This document shows, piece by piece, positions 1 to 8,183 of a stretch of DNA of 64,000 nt. The translations under genes were made by a program, and so were the position numbers. Source of the DNA: Roseburia hominis (lineage in GTDB: Bacteria; Bacillota_I; Bacilli_A; RFN20; CAG-826); the NCBI GenBank assembly GCA_963642055.1, contig CAVIFQ010000009.1, positions 1,322 through 65,321 on the forward strand. The letters are read 5' to 3'. Positions within the stretch are counted from its first letter, which is position 1; each line of letters opens with the position of its first letter. Under the pieces are notes generated by a model. The model had not been told where the DNA came from. It was given only the letters and a program-made list of their open reading frames with translations, and did no database searches.

Positions 1-558
1 TCTTTCGTTTCTTTGATTCTCTCCTTTGTTGGTGAGCTTCCTTCTGATTATACAGACGCCATCAATGTCCTCAATTTCTCTTTATCGCCTTTGACGACCC
101 TTTTTGATGCCATCAGTTGGTCCGAGAATCTCATTCTTGGTTATTCCTCTTATTATGTGGATGGGTTAAAGGCCATTCAGATCGTTTTATATGTTCTAGC
201 GGTAGCGATTGGCATCTTCGGTTTCTTCTTCGCCTTCTTTAGCAAAGAGAGAAGCGGGGAGGATGCTTCTATGAACGGGGGATATAACGCCTTCACCATC
301 CTTTTGCCGCATTTATGCTTCTTTTTCCTGGGGCTAGCTGCGAGCAGTAGATGGGCTTATGAGGTCGCTTATAGCTCTTATTTCATCGGCGCCTCGATTA
401 TCACTCTGGCTTATCTAGTTGCTTACTATTTCCTTCTTTGCCTCTATTACAAGCGCCTTAAACTCAATAAGCGCGATTTATACGCCTATATAGGCGTTTC
501 GGTAACGTTTCTGATAATGGCTATCTCTATTTTGCTCGCTAGCCCAAAAGGCGTTTAA
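1..558 (+). CDS. multi-pass membrane protein, 5' end probably outside the window
   Basis: Frame is open from base 1 (track ORF 13..558). Several hydrophobic helices (IQIVLYVLAVAIGIFGFFFAFF, ITLAYLVAYYFLLCLYY). No family motif recognised. Confidence 0.5.
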   Translation, partial: SFVSLILSFVGELPSDYTDAINVLNFSLSPLTTLFDAISWSENLILGYSSYYVDGLKAIQIVLYVLAVAIGIFGFFFAFFSKERSGEDASMNGGYNAFTILLPHLCFFFLGLAASSRWAYEVAYSSYFIGASIITLAYLVAYYFLLCLYYKRLKLNKRDLYAYIGVSVTFLIMAISILLASPKGV

Positions 559-643
559 AGGGAAAACCGGCTTAGAAAAAACAGTATCAAATGATATGGC
601 GATTGTTTTGACATTGTCGACACTTTTGCCTAATATCACCAAT

Positions 644-710
644 GCCTCTGTTTTAGGCAGTGATTATAAAATCCGCGATTTAGGCCTAGATTGCCTAAAA
701 GAGGCTTTTT
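644..710 (+). terminator. long hairpin plus T-tract, likely intrinsic terminator
   Basis: GCCTCTGTTTTAGGC ... GCCTAAAAGAGGC followed by TTTTT, about 85 nt after the stop at 558. Confidence 0.5.
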
Positions 711-781
711 GCCCTCCGTTTCTCACATATTGTTAACGTATGCCCCTTTGTTAAAAAGGGGATTTATACGATAATAGAGGC

Positions 782-1585
782 ATGAAGCAAAAACGCGTCA
801 TCTATTATAGTGATCTCAATAACGACGATTTCGCCCGCACCCAGAATATCAAGAAAAAACCCCTTCCGGAGAACTTCAAATATCTCAGGAAAAAGAACTA
901 TCTTTTCCGTATCACCGGATGGATCATTTATCGACTGGCTCTCCCTTTCGTTTGGCTATATGTCAAAATCGCCTGGGGACAGAAAGTGGTGGGCAAGAAA
1001 CGCCTTAAAAGATCGCATCTTCGCGGTGGTTTTTTCCTATACGGAAACCATACGCAAGAGGCGGATGGCGTGATACCGCACGCTTCGATCTCTTCCCCAA
1101 AAAGGACTTTCACGGTTTGCTCGCAGGATACCGTCAATATCCCCGGCATCAGGAATCTCGTGATGATGCTCGGCGCTCTCCCCGTGCCTAAAACGCCAAG
1201 CGAAGCCCAACGCTTTTTGGAGGCTGTCGATTATCATTACAAAAGAGGCGGGGTCATCCTCATTTACCCTGAAGCCCATATTTGGCCTTATACGACGATC
1301 ATCCGCGATTTCCCCGATGCGAGTTTCTCTTATCCAGCGCAGTTGAATGCGCCAGTCGTGGCTTTCTGCAATACGTATAAACAAAGGAAACTCTTCCGGA
1401 AACTCCCACCGAAAATCGTCACCCATATCAGCGCGCCCATTTATCCCGATACTTCCTTGCCTTTGCGCGAAAGAACACATGATTTAAGGGAACAAGTCCA
1501 CAATTTCATGATCGATGCCTCGGGCTCCTTGGATAATTACGAATACATCCGTTACGTCTATCGCCCGGAAAAGAAGGAAAAATAG
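782..1585 (+). CDS. lysophospholipid (1-acyl-sn-glycerol-3-phosphate) acyltransferase family protein
   Basis: H(X4)D acyltransferase motif GNHTQEADG and later PEAHIW block. Typical PlsC-like size (267 aa). Confidence 0.7.
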   Translation: MKQKRVIYYSDLNNDDFARTQNIKKKPLPENFKYLRKKNYLFRITGWIIYRLALPFVWLYVKIAWGQKVVGKKRLKRSHLRGGFFLYGNHTQEADGVIPHASISSPKRTFTVCSQDTVNIPGIRNLVMMLGALPVPKTPSEAQRFLEAVDYHYKRGGVILIYPEAHIWPYTTIIRDFPDASFSYPAQLNAPVVAFCNTYKQRKLFRKLPPKIVTHISAPIYPDTSLPLRERTHDLREQVHNFMIDASGSLDNYEYIRYVYRPEKKEK

Positions 1586-1656
1586 AGTGCATATCTTTTC
1601 AAGAGGGTATCGAAAACGCTTATAATTGACCTAATCCATAAGGAGGAATTAACACA

Positions 1657-2196
1657 ATGGAATTAAAAGGTTCGAAAACCGAAGCCAATTTGCTTGCCGC
1701 TTTCGCTGGCGAAAGTCAAGCCCGCAACAAATACACCTATTTCGCGAGCAAAGCGAAGAAAGAGGGATATGAGCAAATCGCCGCTCTTTTCCTAGAGACC
1801 GCGGATAATGAGAAAGAACACGCGAAAATGTGGTTCAAATACCTCGAAGGCGGAGCCATCAAAAGCACCATCGATAACTTAGAGGAAGCCGCGAATGGCG
1901 AGAACTACGAATGGACCGACATGTATCCGGAATTCGCCAAAGTCGCGGATGAAGAGGGATTCAAGGAAATCGCCGCCAAATTCCGCATGGTCGCCGCGAT
2001 CGAAAAGCATCACGAGGAGCGTTACAAGAAACTCCTAGAGAAAGTCAAAGGCGGAAAAGTTTTCATCAGCGAAGATGTGGCCGTCTGGAAATGCCGCAAC
2101 TGCGGACATATCGTCGTTGGCAAATTCGCGCCGGAAATTTGCCCCGTCTGCGCTCACCCGAAATCCTATTTCGAGCTGAACGCCACCAATTATTGA
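1657..2196 (+). CDS. rbr: rubrerythrin
   Basis: N-terminal ferritin-like diiron domain ([30 protein letters not shown]) plus C-terminal rubredoxin-like CRNCGH...CPVCAHP. RBS AAGGAGG upstream. Confidence 0.92.
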   Translation: MELKGSKTEANLLAAFAGESQARNKYTYFASKAKKEGYEQIAALFLETADNEKEHAKMWFKYLEGGAIKSTIDNLEEAANGENYEWTDMYPEFAKVADEEGFKEIAAKFRMVAAIEKHHEERYKKLLEKVKGGKVFISEDVAVWKCRNCGHIVVGKFAPEICPVCAHPKSYFELNATNY

Positions 2197-2217
2197 TCGT
2201 CCACTCCTTTCAGGGGA

Positions 2218-2250
2218 AAGAGCCGATTTGCCCTCGGCTCTTTTCTCTTC
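2218..2250 (+). terminator. intrinsic terminator after rbr
   Basis: GAGCCGA-tttgccc-TCGGCTC followed by TTTTCTCTTC. Confidence 0.7.
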
Positions 2251-2325
2251 TTTCGCTAGATAAAACGCGTAATTTCCTCCTTGCAATGCACGCTTCACTT
2301 GTGGATAATAACTAGGCGCCTAGTT

Positions 2326-2402
2326 GGATCATTGGTGTAGCGGTCTAACATGTCTCCCTGTCACGGAGAAGATCACGAGTTCGAATCTCGTATGGTCCGC
2401 CA
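2326..2402 (+). tRNA. tRNA-Asp (anticodon GTC)
   Basis: Hand-folded cloverleaf: acceptor GGATCAT/ATGGTCC, anticodon stem TCTCC/GGAGA with loop CTGTCAC, T-arm GAGTTCGAATCTC, encoded CCA. Confidence 0.9.
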
Positions 2403-2430
2403 ATTAGCGTTCTTCCCTTTATTAGGGGCT

Positions 2431-2507
2431 GGCCCGGTAGCTCAGATGGTAGTAGCAAAGGACTGAAAATCCTTGTGTCGCCGGTTCGATCCCGGCTTGG
2501 GCCACCA
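2431..2507 (+). tRNA. tRNA-Phe (anticodon GAA)
   Basis: GGCCCGGTAGCTCAGATGGTAG..., anticodon loop CTGAAAA, T-arm GCCGGTTCGATCCCGGC, encoded CCA. Confidence 0.9.
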
Positions 2508-2551
2508 TTAAAATCGATTGGCTTGATGAAAATCAGGCCTTTTTTGTTGCT

Positions 2552-3754
2552 TTAGGAGCGCTTCTTCCCTTTGATGTCGCACAAGAAAAGGCTAATGAGC
2601 ATGAGACAGGGGAAGATGATCGCGCATAAAACGCCCATCCTTAAATCGCCGCCGAAGGTCTCGGAGAGTAAACCGGCGAGAGTCGGCCCAGCCGAGCAGC
2701 CGATATCGCCCGCTAAAGCGAGCATCGCAAATAGGACCGTCCCGCCGTTTTTGATGGTCGAGGAGGCTTTGCTGAAGCTCCCTGGCCAAAGAATACCGAC
2801 AGAGAAGCCGCAGATGGCGCAGCCTACTAGGCTGATCCAAGGCACGGGCACTAAAGCGATAAGTAGATATGATCCTATGCATAGACCAGCGCTGATTTTC
2901 ATGAAGAGACTCAGATTCATCCGCTCGCCGAATTTGCCGTATATGAGTCTGGCTGTCCCCATCAAAATGGCAAAAGCCATGGGGCCAGTGAGGTCGCCGA
3001 TGGTTTTTGAGACTCCCAAACCTTGCTCAGCGAAAGTGGAAGCCCATTGGCTCACGGCTTGCTCACTCGCGCCAGAGGCTACCATCATGAGCATCAATAC
3101 CCAAAAGATCGGCGTTTTGGCTAAGTCGAGGAAACTCGCGCCTTTCTCGCCTTCTTCGATAACCGGATATATAGGGACGAAAATGAAAAGAACCATATTC
3201 AGAAGGGGAAAAGCAGCCCAGATAAGGGCTAGAACCCTCCAGTTATTTATCCCGCATACGGCGAAGAAAATGGTCGATAACAATACAACTCCGACATGCC
3301 CCCAGCAGTAGAAAGAGTGGAGGAGGCTCATCGCTTTCTCTTTGTTTTCGGAAGGGCAGGCTTCCACAATCGGGCTCAGCAAAACCTCGATCAAGCCGCC
3401 GCCAATCGCGTAAATGATGACGGAGATGAGAATGCCGACGAAAGCATTAGGCAATAAATCAGGTAGGAACGTCAAACAAGCGAGGCCTGCTGCGGCGGAG
3501 ACGTGCGCGATGATGACCGAGGTCCGGTAGCCGATCTTATCGACGAAAAGGGCCGAAGTCATATCAATCAATAGCTGTATCAGGAAATTGATGGTGATGA
3601 GGAGAGTTATGCTCGCTAAATGGATACTATAAGTCGACTGAAAAGTGACGAAGAGCAAAGGCACGAAATTATTGACGATCGCTTGCACGATATAGCCGAT
3701 GAAGCAGGCGTTAATCGTCGCTTTCGGATTGGTTCTCAAGCTTGTTTTCTCCAC
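2552..3754 (-). CDS. MFS transporter
   Basis: 400 aa, about 12 predicted TM helices. Loop motif after TM2 (DKIGYRTSVI) typical of the major facilitator superfamily. Confidence 0.8.
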   Translation of the reverse strand: MEKTSLRTNPKATINACFIGYIVQAIVNNFVPLLFVTFQSTYSIHLASITLLITINFLIQLLIDMTSALFVDKIGYRTSVIIAHVSAAAGLACLTFLPDLLPNAFVGILISVIIYAIGGGLIEVLLSPIVEACPSENKEKAMSLLHSFYCWGHVGVVLLSTIFFAVCGINNWRVLALIWAAFPLLNMVLFIFVPIYPVIEEGEKGASFLDLAKTPIFWVLMLMMVASGASEQAVSQWASTFAEQGLGVSKTIGDLTGPMAFAILMGTARLIYGKFGERMNLSLFMKISAGLCIGSYLLIALVPVPWISLVGCAICGFSVGILWPGSFSKASSTIKNGGTVLFAMLALAGDIGCSAGPTLAGLLSETFGGDLRMGVLCAIIFPCLMLISLFLCDIKGKKRS

Positions 3755-4009
3755 GAGGAAGAATTATATCTTGGCATTTTCTGAAAGAAACTCATTTCGC
3801 CCAAAACCATCTTTATAAGAAAAATGAAAGAGTCCACAAATTAAGTTGGATTTTATGAAAACCCTGCAGAACGCTGATGGATTTGATGAAAATGCAGCGA
3901 TCATAAGGGAAGGCAGCAAGAATTAATTAGGAATGAGATGGTTCCATTTCGATAAGAAAAAAGCGAGCCTATAGGCGTAAGCAATGGCCTAAGACTCGCT
4001 TGAAGATGG

Positions 4010-6400
4010 CTAGTCTTTTATGCAATCCATGGTGATGATTCTTAGAGCGAGCGAATCATCGACTCCCACTGGTTTGTAGATAGCGAATTCAAGCATGACT
4101 TTGTCATTTCCTTCTTCGTCGAGGAAGTAGTAAGTGACCCAATTGCCATTACCAATGAATTCATTTGTTACGCGATTATAAAGAGAAACATTCGTCCACT
4201 TACCGGCATCTCCGATTCTTATTTCGTATTTTGGCGGCACCAAATAGGTCTCGACGAGATCTTCAAGCGCTTTAAGAGTCACGCCAGAGGAAGCTATATT
4301 TTCGAAGGTGAGCGTCGCTGAGTAGATAGTTAAGCCTGGATCGGAAATATCGACTTTTTCAGGCATTTCATATCCTTGCTCAGCCAAATAGTCCAAGACA
4401 ACGTCCATCGTCACACTCGGCGAATAATCATCGAAAACGGTGGCCACAATGGTGCAAGTGGCTTTTATCGTTTCGCCATCGACATTTATGGTGGCGGTGA
4501 GAGTGGCGGTAGAGCCTTCCGCGACATCCTTGCCGCATTTAACAATGCCTTTTTCTTCATCAACCGAGAAGCCTGGAACATCAGATTCGATGCTATAGGT
4601 GACATCATACGGAAGCATGTCTTTGATAATGGTTGTCGTTACCTTTGAGCCAGCATTGACCTCATATGTGTCTTGATAGAATTTTAATTCGGGGGTATGC
4701 GCTTTTTTGCAGCCGCCGTGGATGAAAATGGTGGTATTGCTATAGTCGTAATAGGTGGATTCAGTGCTGATGGTAATGGCGACTTTTCCGTCTTTATCCT
4801 CGAAAGTGATATCCGAGGAATCGGAAGAAATCTCACGATGATACGATTCGGAGACAAGCAGTTTGTCGTAGGCTAGAGCGGATAAATAGTTCTCTTTGTC
4901 CTCGATTTCGATTTTGATGCCAGCTTGAGCATTGGCTAAAGAAGAGGCAAGGTTCTTTATGTCTTCTTCGGTCGGATTCTTAGGAAGATCGCTATAGGCA
5001 GCCGGATATTGTCTTATGTCTGAAAGATAATATTCGTAGCACTCTTTGACGTATTCTTCATCTTGGATGTTATACTTCAGCCCTTTGCTCGTGCATGAGG
5101 CTAGATCAGTAAAAGCCGGCAAGTCGTAATGATCGACGCCCAAGATGTCCTTGATGGTGGAAGCTATCACCTCACTTGGCCAAGAGCTAGAGAAAGTGCT
5201 CGTGGGAGTCGTCTTTCTGACAGAAACAACGATGCTTGTTGCTTTGCCTTCATCATCGTATGTTGATTCATTGACCGTCACTGCGACCGTCTCATTGAAA
5301 TCGACGTACGGCATGCCATACCCTTTTTGACTTAAGTGATATGTTTTTTCAAGTTTGCTTGTGTAGTCCCAAGTCGGGTTTTCGATAGAAGTATTGCCCT
5401 CAAGGAAATAAGTATCGCCTCTTACGTAGGTGCGGAATTCCACATTTTCTTCGGTATTTCCGAATATTGGGAGCTCGATGCCAGTGACTTCTTTTATCTG
5501 AGCGACGAAATCGGTTGGCCAAGAGCTGTGCTTCACCGGGTTAGCGGTGTAAATGAAAGTAAAGCTATTACCGTATACGTAACGGAGCGTGGCATCGATT
5601 GTGGCGCCATCATCCAGTGTCTTTTCTAAGCAGTAACAGTGATACTCATTGCTCTTTTCCTCATTTTTGACGTAACCATCGACAATAAGCGCTTTGTAGT
5701 AGTCGTGAGTCAGATCTTCGGCGTAGAGATCAGATAAGATAACGACATTCGGATAGCCTCCATTAGAGATGCCGAAGTTGCTTCCCATGGAAATATAAGG
5801 AAGATCATCGCCAATGGCGTTTTTGATGAAATCCGCATCATCGGCGCTGAAACTATCGGCTTTCGCAGCTTCATAAGACAAATCGTTGTAGCATTGGATG
5901 ATGCAGCAGGAAGGATCGATTCCACCGTTGGTAAAGGACGATTTTTTGAAGAGGTAGACGATTTCATAGCCTTTTTTGTTTGTTTCGTCCTTTTTGGTGG
6001 CCACCGTGTAATTGATGCCAGAGGTATCGGTTTGATTGGCCTCGCCATCATATCCTACGTTGATATCCCAACCGTCTTCGGCGAGCATCTTGTAGTAGTC
6101 GCCCATGCGATATTTGACGGAGTTGTCGCGAATCTCTAGGTATTTGCTCCCGCCATCCTCTTCAACTTCCTTAAAAGTGATCGTATCCCCTATCATCTTG
6201 CCAGGGAAAGGAATGACGGAACCGCAGTATTCCTTTAGGAGTTCTTTCTCTTCATTGCTCCAATCTCTCCCATCATCGTAATTGTAGGAAGAGGACGAGG
6301 AAGAAGAGGGCAAAGATGAGGAATCCCCGTTATTCTCGCCAGCGCAGCCAGTGGATAAAATGGCCATCGTGGCTAATAGCAATATGCTTCTTTTCTTCAT
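4010..6400 (-). CDS. large surface lipoprotein with Ser-rich linker (paralog of 30500..32896)
   Basis: Start moved to the internal Met (MKKRSILLLATMAILSTGCAG = signal peptide plus lipobox Cys). Then SSSLPSSSSSSSYNY linker. Near the C-terminus an Ig-like segment (GSTATLTATINVDGETIKATCTIVA). Confidence 0.75.
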   Translation of the reverse strand: MKKRSILLLATMAILSTGCAGENNGDSSSLPSSSSSSSYNYDDGRDWSNEEKELLKEYCGSVIPFPGKMIGDTITFKEVEEDGGSKYLEIRDNSVKYRMGDYYKMLAEDGWDINVGYDGEANQTDTSGINYTVATKKDETNKKGYEIVYLFKKSSFTNGGIDPSCCIIQCYNDLSYEAAKADSFSADDADFIKNAIGDDLPYISMGSNFGISNGGYPNVVILSDLYAEDLTHDYYKALIVDGYVKNEEKSNEYHCYCLEKTLDDGATIDATLRYVYGNSFTFIYTANPVKHSSWPTDFVAQIKEVTGIELPIFGNTEENVEFRTYVRGDTYFLEGNTSIENPTWDYTSKLEKTYHLSQKGYGMPYVDFNETVAVTVNESTYDDEGKATSIVVSVRKTTPTSTFSSSWPSEVIASTIKDILGVDHYDLPAFTDLASCTSKGLKYNIQDEEYVKECYEYYLSDIRQYPAAYSDLPKNPTEEDIKNLASSLANAQAGIKIEIEDKENYLSALAYDKLLVSESYHREISSDSSDITFEDKDGKVAITISTESTYYDYSNTTIFIHGGCKKAHTPELKFYQDTYEVNAGSKVTTTIIKDMLPYDVTYSIESDVPGFSVDEEKGIVKCGKDVAEGSTATLTATINVDGETIKATCTIVATVFDDYSPSVTMDVVLDYLAEQGYEMPEKVDISDPGLTIYSATLTFENIASSGVTLKALEDLVETYLVPPKYEIRIGDAGKWTNVSLYNRVTNEFIGNGNWVTYYFLDEEGNDKVMLEFAIYKPVGVDDSLALRIITMDCIKD

Positions 6401-6600
6401 AATCGACGCTCCTGATATTAGTGATTCTCGGTGCCTATTGGGTAAAGACACACAAGGGGTACTTATATACTTATTGAAAATAAAGTAAATTTTTTTCTCG
6501 TGGATTTGCTTTTTATTTTCATCATTTTGGGAAGATTCATCGAAAATCGGCTTATCTATAAGCCCATGTCGTATAATTTAGCGGAAAGAGGACAGCAAGA

Positions 6601-7173
6601 ATGAAAAAAGATCTCAAAGTGGCGCCGTATCTGACGCCGATGATGGTGCAAATGATCGCCACCTATAATGAAGACGGCTCCGTCGACTGCATGAATGCGG
6701 CTTGGGGAGGGATCCTCGATTACGATTTATTGGTTCTTTCTCTCGATGAAAGCCACAAGACGAGCGATAACATCAAACGCAATAAGGCTTTCACGTTGTC
6801 TTTGGCCGATTTAGCCCATCTTAAGGAATGCGATTATCTAGGGATGATAAGTGGCAAAGTCAAAGCGGATAAATTCACGAAAGCCGGTTTTACCGCCTCT
6901 AAAAGCGACAAGGTGAATGCCCCGATCATAAATGAATTACCGCTTGCTCTTGAATGCGAAGCCATAAAAATCAGCAACGACGAATTAGGCTTTTTGGTTT
7001 ACGCCAGGATCAAAGGCGTGAAGTGCGAAACGAGCGTCTTAGATAAAGATGGCCATATCGATTCAACAAAGCTAGGCAGCGTTGGCTGGAGTCAAATCGA
7101 CTCATCTTATTACGAGGTTGGCAAGAAAGTCGGCAAAGGCTTCGCGCTTGGCAAAGAGCTTCTCGATAAGTAG
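6601..7173 (+). CDS. flavin reductase-like (FMN-binding split-barrel) protein
   Basis: N-terminal pattern PMMVQMIATYNEDGSVDCMNAAWGG typical of the flavin reductase family. 190 aa. Confidence 0.65.
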   Translation: MKKDLKVAPYLTPMMVQMIATYNEDGSVDCMNAAWGGILDYDLLVLSLDESHKTSDNIKRNKAFTLSLADLAHLKECDYLGMISGKVKADKFTKAGFTASKSDKVNAPIINELPLALECEAIKISNDELGFLVYARIKGVKCETSVLDKDGHIDSTKLGSVGWSQIDSSYYEVGKKVGKGFALGKELLDK

Positions 7174-7412
7174 AGCCCAAATTTAAAATCCCAACATTTT
7201 GCAAATATCTTCGCAAAACTGCCACGCTTTTTTGGCTTTCGCTGGAGATTTGACGTCGAAATGCCTTCGTTAAAATAGGCATCGGCGTTTTTTTTGATGC
7301 TCTGATGCACGTCCCTAGTTAGATGAGTTCGATCTTCAATTTCTGAGTCCGCAATTAAAAATTTCGAACGTAAATCATTTTAAAAATCCCCTCGAGTTCA
7401 TTGGCTTAAGGC

Positions 7413-7557
7413 ATGTTGCAAAGATGTTGCAAACCATGTTGCAAAGATGTTGCAAATCGTGTTGCAAGCATTTTTCCAGATTCAGGCAATAAGCTAGGTA
7501 TTATCGGATAAAAATGATGAAAACCAATGTTGCAAGTATGTTGCAAGTATGTTGCAA
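7413..7557 (+). repeat. iteron-like array: 8 copies of RTGTTGCAA (5 copies at 7413-7467, 3 copies at 7527-7557)
   Basis: Read directly: ATGTTGCAAag ATGTTGCAAacc ATGTTGCAAag ATGTTGCAAatc GTGTTGCAA ... ATGTTGCAAgt ATGTTGCAAgt ATGTTGCAA. Period 11-12 nt. Confidence 0.9.
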
Positions 7558-7573
7558 AACAGCGTGATGAAAG

Positions 7574-7843
7574 GTGAGGGATGTGTGCAAAAATAATGTG
7601 CTAAATTTAAGGAAGGGTTATGAGCAAGCTTTAGAAGATACGCTCGATATCACTAATAGACAAAGAGAGATTCTCGACATTCTCACCAGTTCTAAAGATA
7701 TCACGCAAGAGGAGATTGCGGATCAGCTACAGGTCTCCCGTTACACCGTGATGAGGGACCTCAAGTCTTTGAAAGAAAAGGGTTTGGTTTTCAAAGACAA
7801 GACGAAGGAGAAAGGAAGTTGGCAAATAGGGAAGGCCCACTAA
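7574..7843 (+). CDS. small winged-helix DNA-binding protein (start codon uncertain: GTG at 7574, 7583 or 7598)
   Basis: REILDILTSSKDITQEEIADQLQVSRYTVMRDLKSLKEKGLV is a wHTH. Resembles the C-terminal module of the AlbA_2-type proteins at 16746 and 11906 (ends GSWQIGK versus GYWKVN). Confidence 0.55.
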   Translation: MRDVCKNNVLNLRKGYEQALEDTLDITNRQREILDILTSSKDITQEEIADQLQVSRYTVMRDLKSLKEKGLVFKDKTKEKGSWQIGKAH

Positions 7844-7911
7844 AAAACTTTTTCAGCAAGAACACAGATAAAATAGCAGAAATGCCCATACTATCGGGTT
7901 TTTTGATTTAT

Positions 7912-7939
7912 ATTTTTGTTGTATAATGCGTTGTATAAT
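7912..7939 (+). repeat. 28-nt element ATTTTTGTTGTATAATGCGTTGTATAAT (copy 1 of 3)
   Basis: Identical 28-mer recurs at 13418-13445. Related copy at 16407-16429. All on the + strand. Confidence 0.85.
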
Positions 7940-8183
7940 AGTGATTGGTTGAACGACGGCAGTAACAAAATATCCGAGTTTTTTAAGCCTGACGTTGTTT
8001 GTTTATGTCGATGCAAAATTGCTGATTTCGTACTTCGTCGATCGAAGACGATTTATTAGGCGATCAACTTCGTTACGAAAGAATCAACAGGCTTGTTTAC
8101 CCCTAGATCCTCACTTCGTATAATCAAGCAGGGGCGAGCTTTGCCCTAATAAATATTCATTAGACAAAGAGTGAGAGATTGCC

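Noticed and set aside
2571-3311. Long antisense or shadow ORFs in the track (also e.g. 29272..29850, 36126..36590, 41287..41856, 45413..45883, 21726..22271, 32138..32623)
   Set aside because: They lie wholly inside stronger opposite-strand genes with recognisable motifs. Their composition is odd (Arg/Ser/Pro-rich or low complexity) and they lack an RBS.
6401-6451. N-terminal extensions given by the track (also 32897..32977, 56195..56404, 60353..60505, 18481..18552, 23225..23308, 49914..49937, 52269..52283)
   Set aside because: Internal Met codons give canonical signal peptides or family N-termini, better RBS spacing, or remove overlaps with upstream genes. Several track starts are GTG/TTG codons inside the RBS itself.
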